Below, one piece after another: positions 10,371 through 19,793 of a DNA stretch of 64,000 bases; the stretch's first letter is position 1; every line of letters starts with the position of its first letter. A model generated the notes under the pieces. It was given only the letters and a program-made list of their open reading frames with translations, did no database searches and was not told where the DNA came from. Made by a program: the position numbers and the translations under genes. Where the stretch lies: positions 128,001 to 192,000 of the forward strand of contig CAXXFK010000042.1 of the NCBI GenBank assembly GCA_963663965.2, in the 5' to 3' direction. Source of the DNA: Sedimentisphaerales bacterium (GTDB lineage Bacteria; Planctomycetota; Phycisphaerae; Sedimentisphaerales; SM23-30).

Positions 10371-10826
10371 CTATTGGGTCTTTACTGGCCGGTTGCCATG
10401 TTCCCAACTGGCCATGGCATCGGCAATACGGTTGAGATAACCAATCAAGTTATTGACTTCTCTGGGTTGAAACGGGTCGGCAAGCGCTTCCTGCAAAGGA
10501 ATGATCGTTTCGGTTATTTGAGTATACATTTGCCGTCCCTGAGGGGTGAGGATTACTTTCAGCGCCCGGCCATCTTTGGGGTGTTGCTGACGGGAAATCA
10601 GCCCTTTGTTTTCCAGCAATACCAGCATGGCTCGTATGGTATTGGGATCGGAAGCGGCCCGGCGGCTCAGCTCTTTTTGGGTGATGCCATCCTGCTGGGC
10701 CAATAGAAACAGCAACACAAACTGATCGGCCGTAATCTCATACGGCGCCAGGAAGGCATTGGTCTGACGGTGCATCAGTAAATAGGATACGCGCAATCCC
10801 ATTGCTATGTTATGGCCAGTTGTCAT
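10371..10826 (-). CDS. MarR-family transcriptional regulator
   Basis: ITQKELS...LENKGLISR..HPKDGR...LTPQG winged HTH. Confidence 0.92.
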   Translation of the reverse strand: MTTGHNIAMGLRVSYLLMHRQTNAFLAPYEITADQFVLLFLLAQQDGITQKELSRRAASDPNTIRAMLVLLENKGLISRQQHPKDGRALKVILTPQGRQMYTQITETIIPLQEALADPFQPREVNNLIGYLNRIADAMASWEHGNRPVKTQ

Positions 10827-10842
10827 GGCAATCCCTGATTAA

Positions 10843-10860
10843 TAGTATGTATACGTATTA
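10843..10860. promoter_or_regulatory. Imperfect palindrome upstream of marR, candidate MarR operator
   Basis: tagtatgtatacgtatta is 14/18 self-complementary and lies about 17 bp upstream of the marR start codon. Confidence 0.45.
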
Positions 10861-10890
10861 TGTGTAACCTGAATGGTAAGTATAGTCAAC

Positions 10891-10932
10891 AAAAAAGCAC
10901 CTGGAATTTATCAGCGAAGTTCCAGATGCTTT
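10891..10932 (-). terminator. Rho-independent terminator after the GH3 gene
   Basis: Minus strand aaagcatctggaactt...aaattccaggtgc followed by T6. Confidence 0.7.
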
Positions 10933-10977
10933 ATTTTGAAAAATCGAATTGTTAATGTTTGAATAATTTTTGTTAGA

Positions 10978-13221
10978 TCAATCCAGCCAGAACGCTTTTT
11001 TCTGGTCGCCGGCGCGCAGGATGAACTGACCTTTTTCGATGGCGGGTTGGCTCTTGTGGTCGATAAAGGTAAAGGCGTCCGGGTTCAATTCGAAGGTAAC
11101 CGTTTTGGTTTCGCCCGGTTTGAGATGGATCCGCTGGAACCCTTTCAACCGTTTGTTGGGCGGGGTGATACTGGCGACGACATCGGAGACATATAGCTGA
11201 ACGATTTCATCGCCGGCGAGTTTGCCGGTATTGGTAACATCCACGGAGACCTTCAGACTCTTCAGCGCTTTCAGCTGGATTCGTTCGGCCGCCAGTTTGA
11301 GATTGGCGTATTTGAAGCTGGTATAAGACAGGCCATGTCCAAAGGGCCACTGGAACCGGACCTGGCCGCCATTGCCATCGGCGCTCTTTTTGAAATCGTA
11401 CCATTCGAAGCCACCGGGATATTTGGGATAGCTGAAGGGCAGTTTACCGCCGGGATTATAATCGCCAAACAGGACATCGGCGATGGCGCGGCCGCCTTCC
11501 GGGCCGGGCAGGTAGGTAGCCAGAATACCCTGGGCCAGCGGCTCGATGGCGCTGATGACGCGCGGCCGCCCCTCGGTTAGTATCAGAATGACCGGTTTAC
11601 CGGTCTGGGCCAGCGCTGCCACCAGATCGAGTTGCGGCTGGGTCATGGTCAGGTCATAAATATTGCCGGGCGTTTCACAATAGGTGGGCTCGCCGATACA
11701 GGCCAGCACAATGTCGCAATCGGCGGCAGCTTGTATTGCCTTGTCATAGTCCTGGCGTTTGTCAAAATCAACGCCTTTCACATAGGTGACGTTATCCGCG
11801 CCGACTTTGGCGGTGATCGCTTCCAGAATGGTCATTTTTTCCTGCGGATACAATTTTTCCTGATCGCCCTGCCAGGTATAGGTCCAGCCGCCGTTCAAAA
11901 CGCTCAGCAGATTGGCGGTCGGGCCGGTGACCAGGACTTTGGCTTTTTTGGATAAGGGCAGAATGGCCTTTTCATTTTTCAGCAGGGTCATGGCCTTGCG
12001 CGCCGCGTCCAGGCTGACGGACCAATTGGCGTCACTGCCGATCTGGCCGGCTTTGTCAGCAGGGGGATAGGCGTTATCGAACAGGCCCAATTGGAATTTG
12101 ACCCGTAAGATATCACTGACCGCTTTATCGATGCGGGATTTGGGGACTTCACCTTTTTTCACCAGATCGATCAAATGGTTATAGAAACTCAGATCGTAGG
12201 GCACCATGCTCATATCGATACCGGCCATGACAGCCATCTTGACGGCGGTTCGCTGATCCGGGGCGACCATCTCGCGGGTATACAGATTGTTGATGTCATC
12301 CCAGTCGGTAACGACAAAGCCTTTAAAGCCCAGTTCATCACGCAGGATTTCGGTCAGGTAGTAATGGCTGGCGTGAACGGGACTGCCGTTGATTTCGCTG
12401 GAGTTGACCATGACCGTTCCCACACCGGCATCAACGGCCGCTTTGAAAGGAGGCAGGAAGATCTCGCGCATTTCCCGGTCTGGAATCCAGGCGGGGGTTC
12501 GGTCGCGGCCTGAGCGCGGCATGCTGTAGCCCAGGTAATGCTTCATACAACCCACCACCCGGTTATCGCCGGAGATATCATTGTCTTGCAGACCTTTGAT
12601 ATACGCAGCGCCCATGGTGGCGACGATAAAGGTATCTTCGCCGAAGGTTTCCCACATGCGGGACCACATAGGCTGGCGGCCAACGCCCAGCACCGGATTA
12701 AAGTTCCAGGGGATGCCGGCCGCGCGGGTTTCCATGGCGGTAATTTCACCGGCCTTATGGACCAGGTCCGGATCGCCGGTGGCGGCCATGGCAATGGCCT
12801 GCGGGAACAAGGTGGCTTCACGGATATAATTGGCGCCGTGAATCGAGTCGACGCCGTAGATGACCGGGATTTTCAGCCGGGTTTCTTTGGTGGCGACATC
12901 CTGGATCTGGGTAATGATCGTATGCCAGGTTTTGGTGTAATTGGCTTGTCCACCGCAATTTAAAATGGAACCGACGTTGTTTTTAACAACCAGGTTACGT
13001 AATTTTTCCGGATCGATAGTGAATTCCGGCCCGCTGTCTTTTTTCTGGATGGTTTCCAGGGTCAGTTGGGTCATCTGGCCGACTTTTTCTTCCAGGGTCA
13101 TTTTCTTAACAAGATTTTTGACCTCTTTATCGATCTGTTTGGGTGTCATCGCGCCTGATAATAAGCAGGATGAAAAACACAAAACCAGTACAAATGTAAC
13201 CAATCTGGATACCGTGTTCAT
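10978..13221 (-). CDS. Glycoside hydrolase family 3 beta-glucosidase (BglX-like)
   Basis: MTLEEKVGQM, DSIHG, KHYLGY, catalytic VVTDW, C-terminal FnIII (EIVQLYVSD...LKGFQRI); signal peptide. Confidence 0.95.
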   Translation of the reverse strand: MNTVSRLVTFVLVLCFSSCLLSGAMTPKQIDKEVKNLVKKMTLEEKVGQMTQLTLETIQKKDSGPEFTIDPEKLRNLVVKNNVGSILNCGGQANYTKTWHTIITQIQDVATKETRLKIPVIYGVDSIHGANYIREATLFPQAIAMAATGDPDLVHKAGEITAMETRAAGIPWNFNPVLGVGRQPMWSRMWETFGEDTFIVATMGAAYIKGLQDNDISGDNRVVGCMKHYLGYSMPRSGRDRTPAWIPDREMREIFLPPFKAAVDAGVGTVMVNSSEINGSPVHASHYYLTEILRDELGFKGFVVTDWDDINNLYTREMVAPDQRTAVKMAVMAGIDMSMVPYDLSFYNHLIDLVKKGEVPKSRIDKAVSDILRVKFQLGLFDNAYPPADKAGQIGSDANWSVSLDAARKAMTLLKNEKAILPLSKKAKVLVTGPTANLLSVLNGGWTYTWQGDQEKLYPQEKMTILEAITAKVGADNVTYVKGVDFDKRQDYDKAIQAAADCDIVLACIGEPTYCETPGNIYDLTMTQPQLDLVAALAQTGKPVILILTEGRPRVISAIEPLAQGILATYLPGPEGGRAIADVLFGDYNPGGKLPFSYPKYPGGFEWYDFKKSADGNGGQVRFQWPFGHGLSYTSFKYANLKLAAERIQLKALKSLKVSVDVTNTGKLAGDEIVQLYVSDVVASITPPNKRLKGFQRIHLKPGETKTVTFELNPDAFTFIDHKSQPAIEKGQFILRAGDQKKAFWLD

Positions 13222-13332
13222 GATATGGCCCTCGTAAAAGGTGAAAAGTTAACGTATCTTCCATTTAAACATGGAGTTACCTCTGTCAAACGATTGAATG
13301 ACACTAGATATTACCGGCAAGGATTCTGCTTG

Positions 13333-14112
13333 TCAAATCGTAATCGTACCGGCCATATACAGGACGGCTTTGCCGGCAATGGTGATGGTTTGGGGCTGGA
13401 CCGTGCAGGTAAGTTCACCACCGCGGGCTGAAATCTGACGGGCGTTTAAGAGGTTTTGTTTCAGCCGCGTCGACCAGTAAGGCGCCAGGGTACAATGAGC
13501 TGAACCGGTGACGGGATCTTCATCGATGCCTTCTTGAGGGGCGAAGAAACGTGAGACAAAGTCACATTGTTCACCCGGAGCGGTCACAATCAGGGCGAAA
13601 CCCGGCAATTGCCTGATCAAATTAAAATCCGGTTGCAGGTTACGGACCTGTTGTTCTGTTTCAACGACTGCCATTAAGTCGCGAGCCAGATAAGTTTCAA
13701 TCGGACTGATACCCATAGCCGTTTCCAGACCTTCCGGAATGGCACAGGACTGGCCCGGCCGGGCCGGCAGATCCATTTCCAGCTTGTCTTCTTGATGGCG
13801 AACGGTCAGTAAGCCGCTTTGGGTAGTAAAGGTGAGCGTGTCGGTATCCGGACGGCGCTCCAGAAATACCGTGAAGGCGCTGGCCAGTGTTCCGTGTCCA
13901 CACAAGTCCACTTCTACCGCCGGGGTGAACCAGCGCAGTTCGTAGTGGCTGCCATGGCCCACCAGAAACGCGGTTTCCGACAGGCAATGCTCGGCCGCGA
14001 TTTTTTGCATGGTTGAAGTATCCAGCCATTGCTCGAGAAAGCAAACGCCGGCGGGATTGCCCGCGAACGGTTTATCGGTGAACGCATCGATGTGATAATA
14101 CGGTATCTGCAT
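13333..14112 (-). CDS. PhzF-family (phenazine biosynthesis-like/DAP epimerase fold) protein
   Basis: IDAFTDKPFAGNPAGV, LSETAF, RWFTP..EVDLCGHGT and EDPVTGSAHC. Confidence 0.93.
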   Translation of the reverse strand: MQIPYYHIDAFTDKPFAGNPAGVCFLEQWLDTSTMQKIAAEHCLSETAFLVGHGSHYELRWFTPAVEVDLCGHGTLASAFTVFLERRPDTDTLTFTTQSGLLTVRHQEDKLEMDLPARPGQSCAIPEGLETAMGISPIETYLARDLMAVVETEQQVRNLQPDFNLIRQLPGFALIVTAPGEQCDFVSRFFAPQEGIDEDPVTGSAHCTLAPYWSTRLKQNLLNARQISARGGELTCTVQPQTITIAGKAVLYMAGTITI

Positions 14113-14160
14113 GATGGACTCCCAAGGGGTTTGAATGTGTTTCAGTCAGCATGAGGCCAT

Positions 14161-14670
14161 TTAAATGAACCGTTCGTCTGAGCGCTTCTGCCGGATTTCG
14201 GTTTCACTGGCCTGCATCCAGCCTGCGCGAGATTGAGCCGGATGATCGAATTTCTCGATATACGGTTTAATATCCAGCAGGGGGGTGCCATCCAGAATAT
14301 CGATCCCGCGTACGGTCAGGCGACAACCATCAACAGCGACCAGTTCGACAACGGAAAGACCAATTGGATTGGGACGAGACGGCGAGCGGGTGGCGAATAC
14401 TCCACGTTCCACGGTATCCATGAATGGAGTAACCATTAAGCGGGAAGGCCCCGCCTGATGTAAATGGAAGATGACATAAATATGACTGAAGCCATCCAGG
14501 TCTTTCAAGCCGTCGGCATATTCTTCGAACAATTCGAGTGTTCCCAGAGTATCCGCCGCTCCTTTGGGTTGGATGGGCATGCCTTTCAATTCATGAAACG
14601 GGCTGTGAATGATTCCTATTGGCTTCAGTGTCACGTCGTCAACCATGCCGTTGGTCTCGTTGTCGATCAA
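14161..14670 (-). CDS. tsaA: tRNA (N6-threonylcarbamoyladenosine(37)-N6)-methyltransferase TrmO/TsaA
   Basis: PIGIIHSPF, GVFATRSPSRPNPIGLS and GIDILDGTPLLDIKPY. Confidence 0.9.
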   Translation of the reverse strand: MIDNETNGMVDDVTLKPIGIIHSPFHELKGMPIQPKGAADTLGTLELFEEYADGLKDLDGFSHIYVIFHLHQAGPSRLMVTPFMDTVERGVFATRSPSRPNPIGLSVVELVAVDGCRLTVRGIDILDGTPLLDIKPYIEKFDHPAQSRAGWMQASETEIRQKRSDERFI

Positions 14671-14673
14671 TGA

Positions 14674-15456
14674 TTATCCCGCCGGGGTATTGGCGCCGGA
14701 ATTAATGACCACATACCAGACAATGGCGGCGGCCGCGGCGGCGGCTGATACCGCCAGTACCACGGTCGTGGCGATCAGCCAGCTGAATCGTTTATTCTGT
14801 TTGTCAACCATGCCCTGCAAGCGCGCCTCATTTTCCTGCAGCATCTGGCCGATATTGGCCATCGATAATGTCTGAGCTTTACTGTTTTCTGACATTCCCT
14901 GCATGGATTGTTCAAAACGATTGATCGAGTCCGTTTGGATGACCTGGTTTTCCAGCGAATGTTCCAGAGACTTGATGACTTCTTCGAGTTTTTCGGTATT
15001 TTCCAGGGTAGTTTCCGGCAGGTTTTTCAGCATTTCGGATACCTGCTGGCTGCTGGCTGACTGGTTCCGCAGTTCATTGGCAATATCCTTTAAAACACCA
15101 TGTTGCCGGGTGATATTTTCCGGCAGGTTTTGCAACGCGTCCACGACCAGTTCCATCCGGCTGTTCAACTCAGTGGTCTGTTGGCGATGTTCTTTGACAT
15201 TTTCGTTCATATTTTCCAGGACTTCAACCAGGCGATTAAAGGCGTCTTCCATGGCGGCCAGTTGCTGTTCCTTCTTATGGCCGCGATGCAGGACCGGGTG
15301 ATCCTGAGCCGGTTCCCTGGGAGTCTGCACTTCTTCATATTCATTGCGGATCAACAAACCTTCGGCGTCCAGATTATCGATTTCGGTACCGCCTTCCGGG
15401 TTGGAATTGCCACGCAGCCATCCGCCGAATCGTTTCCATATTGAAATTTTTGACAT
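14674..15456 (-). CDS. Hypothetical coiled-coil protein with C-terminal transmembrane anchor
   Basis: Long E/Q/N/L-rich helical region followed by a hydrophobic tail WLIATTVVLAVSAAAAAAAIVWYVVI; RBS GGAGG. Confidence 0.7.
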   Translation of the reverse strand: MSKISIWKRFGGWLRGNSNPEGGTEIDNLDAEGLLIRNEYEEVQTPREPAQDHPVLHRGHKKEQQLAAMEDAFNRLVEVLENMNENVKEHRQQTTELNSRMELVVDALQNLPENITRQHGVLKDIANELRNQSASSQQVSEMLKNLPETTLENTEKLEEVIKSLEHSLENQVIQTDSINRFEQSMQGMSENSKAQTLSMANIGQMLQENEARLQGMVDKQNKRFSWLIATTVVLAVSAAAAAAAIVWYVVINSGANTPAG

Positions 15457-15653
15457 AACGTCCTCCGTTACTGTTATTGTTATCGGGCCAGTATTTTGCT
15501 TATTTTCTAACAGAAAAAGCCACCCTGTTGCAAGCTAATAAATCGTTAAACACAGGATATTCTTTTGGGCCTGCCAAAATTAGGGTTTTCAGCTTCTCTA
15601 ATTTAATTATACTGCAATTGTGTGATGATTGGTTCACAGGTTTCAGGAAATTC

Positions 15654-16274
15654 ATGAATTCAAAAAACAGAAAAAAACGGTTTATATGGGATATCAGGCT
15701 TTTGCCACTGCAATTCTGGCGGTGGTGGGGTATGGGTGTGGTGATAGTCGTTTTGTTTCTGATCGGATTTCAACGACCCGCCGCCAATCCATTTGCTGAG
15801 GATGATTTCGCTCGTTACCATCAGCAGTGTTGCCGGGTTATCGAAGTGGTTGATGGCGACACATTGCAGGTGGATGTTCCTGATCCACTGACCGGCCAGG
15901 ATACGACACGTATACGATTGTGGGGGGTGGATACGCCTGAAACACGCCATCCGGAAAAAGGGGTGATGTATTTTGGTCCGGAAGCCGCTGAATTCACCCG
16001 ATACTGCGCGCTTGATCAAACGGTTGAACTGATACTGGAACCCAATCAGTCCTCCCGCGACCGTTATCAGCGGTTGCTGGCTTATGTGTTACTGCCGGAT
16101 GGTTCGGTTCTTAATGAAAATCTCATCCGTAAGGGATATGGTTACGCGGATTCCAGATTCGACCATGTTCTGCGTGACCGGTTTATAGAACTGCAAAAGC
16201 AGGCCCGCCGGGAAAAAGCCGGGCTCTGGCGGGAGGTTCAGCCTGAGCAATATCCGGATTGGTTTGAGGATTGA
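15654..16274 (+). CDS. Thermonuclease (SNase-like) with N-terminal membrane anchor
   Basis: VVDGDT, RIRLWGVDTPE, DRYQRLLAYV, NENLIRKGY and AR.EKAGLW; hydrophobic N-terminal segment. Confidence 0.92.
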   Translation: MNSKNRKKRFIWDIRLLPLQFWRWWGMGVVIVVLFLIGFQRPAANPFAEDDFARYHQQCCRVIEVVDGDTLQVDVPDPLTGQDTTRIRLWGVDTPETRHPEKGVMYFGPEAAEFTRYCALDQTVELILEPNQSSRDRYQRLLAYVLLPDGSVLNENLIRKGYGYADSRFDHVLRDRFIELQKQARREKAGLWREVQPEQYPDWFED

Positions 16275-16297
16275 TTTTCGGTAATCTCGATGAACCG

Positions 16298-17859
16298 TTA
16301 GGCCCTTAGTTCCATAAATGCTTTTTTTAATGGCAATCCCTGGTCTGGATTAACCATAGTGATATAGGCGATCATGCCTCCGAGCCAGGCTTCGAAGTTG
16401 GGGATGTTATGTTTATTTTGCGCTGTAAGCCCTTCATGCCGGGCGCGATGGAGGATGGCGCGGATCCGGCGGACCTGTTTTCGGGGTACGCCCGGTCTTT
16501 CATTGACGACTATGCCGGTTACCAACTGGGCGGCGCTGGGCCGGAGAATACGGGTCTTATCTTTGTTGATACTGAAGTTTTCATCCTGAACAATATGGCG
16601 TATCCGGGCCAGTATGTATCCAACCATGGTGTTCTGATCATCCCGGTCGGTCGAAAAACTGATATCATCGGCATATCGCGAGTAGCGCCAGCCCAGTTTT
16701 TCGGCCATAGCCGCCAGGCGCAGGTCCAGCCGGTGGGCGATCAGATTGCTGATGGCCGGACTGCAACAGGAGCCCTGGGGCAGGGCGCGCGGGCCGGAGG
16801 CTACAAAGAAAGACTTGCCGGCGTAATCGACTTTACGGCGGGGCGGTTCCGTGCAGATCAAAGCCAGGATGGTTGCCACGGCCGGGGAATACCCCATTTT
16901 CTGAAAGAGGCCGCGTATCCGCGGAAAGGTGATGCCGGGGAAAAAGTCTTTCAAGTCGCAATTAATAAGGATTTTGCTTTGGCTGTGGTTGGCGGCGTTG
17001 GATACGGTACTGCGGCCGGGGACAAAACCATGCGCGGCCGGATGAGTGTTAGTTTTGTTGAAAATATTGGCAAAGATCCACTGCTGGCATTGGGCGAGGT
17101 TCTTCTTCGGAGCAGAGATTGTTCTCATTCCGCCGCTCTTTTTGGGAATCTGGAAATTGATATAGTTGCTGGTGCGGGTGCTCTGGGCATGAAAGGCCAG
17201 CCAGCGTAATTTTGGAATCGTTATTCCCATGGCTTGCGCTACTTCGGCCGGCGTACTCAGAACCGGCAGGCCTGATGCCTGCAATGCCTCCACATTGGAG
17301 CGGCGATCGTGCAGGCCGGTCGATACGCCGCGTCCCAGGTAGATAATATCGGTTGCCCGGCGATGGGCCACGGCTTCGGCGTGCTGTTGACGGCGTTCCA
17401 AGGCTTCCTGCTTCTTTTGAGCTTTCAGCGCGGCCTGGGCCTCACGTGATTGCTGAACTGCCGCGGTGGCCCGGGCGACGGCGGTCTGGACGGAGGGACG
17501 CAGTTCATCCATCTGGGCCCCAATGGTATGAATTTCGACCAGTTCTTCCGGTGTAATGATGCCCTGCGCTACCATGGAACGGTCGATGGTGTGGGTCAGT
17601 TTGTCTGTAACAGGGGGAATGCGGTTACGACTGCGGAAAGCGATCCGGCTGCCGAATAATAATGATGAAGCCGTGACAGGGCCATCATCTTCTGTCGGCT
17701 GGAACTGGGATGCATCCAGTTTGAGGGATTCCCGGATATCTTTAGGCGCTCGCGGCTGACTGGTTGGACGGGATAGAGTACGCGACAAATGGTCCTGGAT
17801 CGACCGATTGATTGGCCGGTTGCGATTTTGTCTGGCCCTGAGCCGATCCCAGATAATTA
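16298..17859 (-). CDS. Retron-type reverse transcriptase, 3' part after the IS insertion (catalytic core intact)
   Basis: IPKKSGGMRTISAP, AAHGF, retron region X NAANH (NAxxH), DLKDFFPGI, LPQG, YADD and retron region Y LVTGIVVN. The frame stays open from 17859 to the ORF-track TTG at 17788. Confidence 0.93.
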
Positions 17860-19687
17860 GAGCCTGTCCGCAATTCTTGGATTTTGTGAGCCGCGGTTTT
17901 GGGAGGACTGATTTTGAATCGTATCATCAGTAGATGACGGCTGGTGTCCAGGTTATTTTCGTTCAGCGGGTGATTTTCCGATTTCTGCGCATAGTAGCCC
18001 CATAAACAGGGCAAGCCGGGGTGGTTTTAAGCCACTTTTTGTCGTTCTTTTTCCCGTTCTTCCTCTTGAGCCAGCTTAATTCTGGCCAATACCCAGAGGT
18101 TGTGCGATAAAATGCTCAGGCCCATATGGACTTGGCGGTGATCAAAGCCTTTTTGTTTCATGGGCGCCCCGCAAAAACCATGGCTCAGGATGCTGATTCG
18201 GGCTTCGGTCTGACTGCGGCGAGTCTGAGCCTGCCGGAACGGCTCTTCCTGAAGCCTTTCCTTCAGCAAGGCCGGGCTGAGCGGACAAACCGCATTAAAA
18301 ATATCGTGACTTTCCATGTATTGGCGATTCCCGGCGCTGTCGAAGCCCCGATCGCCGGCCAACAGCTTGACTTGATTACCAAGCTTCTCTTCCATACGCC
18401 GGTGGCTGGCTTTAAGCATTTTTTCATCGCTGGGACCTTGCTGACGAAATAACTTCCAGTCCATGATTAAGCCATTGGATTGTTCGGCCAGATAAAGTTG
18501 GTTGCCAAATTCCGTCTCCGCGCCGGCCTTGCGGCGCACGATCACATGGATATCCGGCTCGTAAAGGCTCAAGATCTTGTCTGGATTGGCAACCTTGCGT
18601 TCGCCGATCATGCGTTCGTGAGCCTGCCTGACCACGGCGGCCAACTGACAGGTCACGCCGGTAATCTGTTTGACGATTTGCCGGACGGAACCGAGAGCGA
18701 TATCGGCCTTTTTCCAGTGGTTTTCCAGGTTTTTCAGATGATTTTCCGCATGATTCAAGACCCGCCGGATCAGTTTTTTCATCTTTCGCAAAACCGCTTT
18801 ACGCAGTTTTTTCGCGCCCTTTTTGCGGTTAACATAGGTCATCTCCATGCAGAGCTTATTCATGTTTGAAATAAACTTAGCCGGCTCGCAAGGCATGCGA
18901 CACAGGATCCCGGCTTTACGAATACGGGCCGTCGCCTTCATCAAGGTACGGGTCGCATCTCTAAACAGCAGCCAGTCGATCGGATAATGAATGTGGGCGC
19001 CAATGCAGGTACAGTCAAAATAAGCCTGACTGAAATCCAGGGGGGCCTCCAAAACAACCGAACCCTGGGCCACTTGAAAAAACAGTTCTTCCGCCTGAGC
19101 GATTAACTGAGGCGAAAGCGCGTTTTCCAACTCGTTGATTCTGGTTTTGCCGGGGATCCGAGGCAGATCAAAGCGGTTAATGCCGCAAAACCACTGATAC
19201 AGTTCGCTATGAGACAAGGCCACGGCAAATTTACGCAACGACAAACCCAGCCGCTTACGCAGGATCGACATCCGTAACGCCCAAACGGCCTGGGCACGAA
19301 TATTCATGCGATCCGTATGGGTTAATTTAACCGGCGTGTCAGTGCCAAAGTGCTCGATGGCCATTTCAGCGTAAGCTTTGTCGAGAAAATACTGGAGAAA
19401 CAACTGCTCCAGATCGCTGTGGCGGATGATCTGGTCCATGGCCAGCAACTGCTGGCGTTCCTGGCGATACTCCAGACAGCCAAATTCTTCCGGAATACCT
19501 TTGTCAAACAACTGCTGAACGGGTAAAATCTCTGGCATAGGTGTGTTCCCTTTTTTAAGGAAAAATGATTCGCAAAACATTTTATAACACACCTATTTTA
19601 CGGTTTTGACCCAAAATAGCACGCTATAACTCCGACTCTTTTACATAATCTTCTGAAATCTATAGGGTTAAAGCTACGGACAGGCTC
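17860..19687 (-). mobile_element. Insertion sequence (IS5-like/ISNCY-type DDE), 1,828 bp, inserted in the RT gene
   Basis: Terminal inverted repeats GAGCCTGTCCG at 17860-17870 and CGGACAGGCTC at 19677-19687. TAATTA is duplicated at 17854-17859 and 19688-19693. The TIR/TSD split is ambiguous because the target is palindromic. Confidence 0.92.
18027..19538 (-). CDS. DDE transposase (IS5-like/ISNCY)
   Basis: FDCTCIGAHIHYPIDWLL, KILSLYEPD, EFGNQ, AGDRGFDS and RRSQTEARI; lies between the TIRs. ATG 19538 has an AAGGGA RBS. Confidence 0.9.
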   Translation of the reverse strand: MPEILPVQQLFDKGIPEEFGCLEYRQERQQLLAMDQIIRHSDLEQLFLQYFLDKAYAEMAIEHFGTDTPVKLTHTDRMNIRAQAVWALRMSILRKRLGLSLRKFAVALSHSELYQWFCGINRFDLPRIPGKTRINELENALSPQLIAQAEELFFQVAQGSVVLEAPLDFSQAYFDCTCIGAHIHYPIDWLLFRDATRTLMKATARIRKAGILCRMPCEPAKFISNMNKLCMEMTYVNRKKGAKKLRKAVLRKMKKLIRRVLNHAENHLKNLENHWKKADIALGSVRQIVKQITGVTCQLAAVVRQAHERMIGERKVANPDKILSLYEPDIHVIVRRKAGAETEFGNQLYLAEQSNGLIMDWKLFRQQGPSDEKMLKASHRRMEEKLGNQVKLLAGDRGFDSAGNRQYMESHDIFNAVCPLSPALLKERLQEEPFRQAQTRRSQTEARISILSHGFCGAPMKQKGFDHRQVHMGLSILSHNLWVLARIKLAQEEEREKERQKVA

Positions 19688-19763
19688 TAATTACGATCAG
19701 GATTGCCCCGATGCAGATCACCCGGATAATCGTCATAATCACAGAGCCAAGCATGATGGTCAT
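19688..19763 (-). CDS. 5' fragment of the retron RT gene (hydrophobic N-terminus), separated from the rest by the IS
   Basis: ATG 19763 with GAGGA RBS gives MTIMLGSVIMTIIRVICIGAILIVI. It joins the RT in frame once the IS and one TAATTA copy are removed. Confidence 0.8.
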
Positions 19764-19793
19764 TTGATTCCTCACTACAGTAAACATAAAAAA

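Noticed and set aside
16409..17209. 266-aa plus-strand ORF
   Set aside because: Antisense shadow of the RT gene.
16298..17788. RT as a group II intron, DGR or CRISPR-associated RT
   Set aside because: It has retron-specific NAxxH and VTG motifs and an adjacent msr-msd. I saw no maturase/endonuclease domain, no TR/VR repeat pair and no cas genes.
17742..18014. 90-aa ORF spanning the IS junction
   Set aside because: It is a chimera of IS end and RT sequence in a different frame from the RT, with no recognisable motif.
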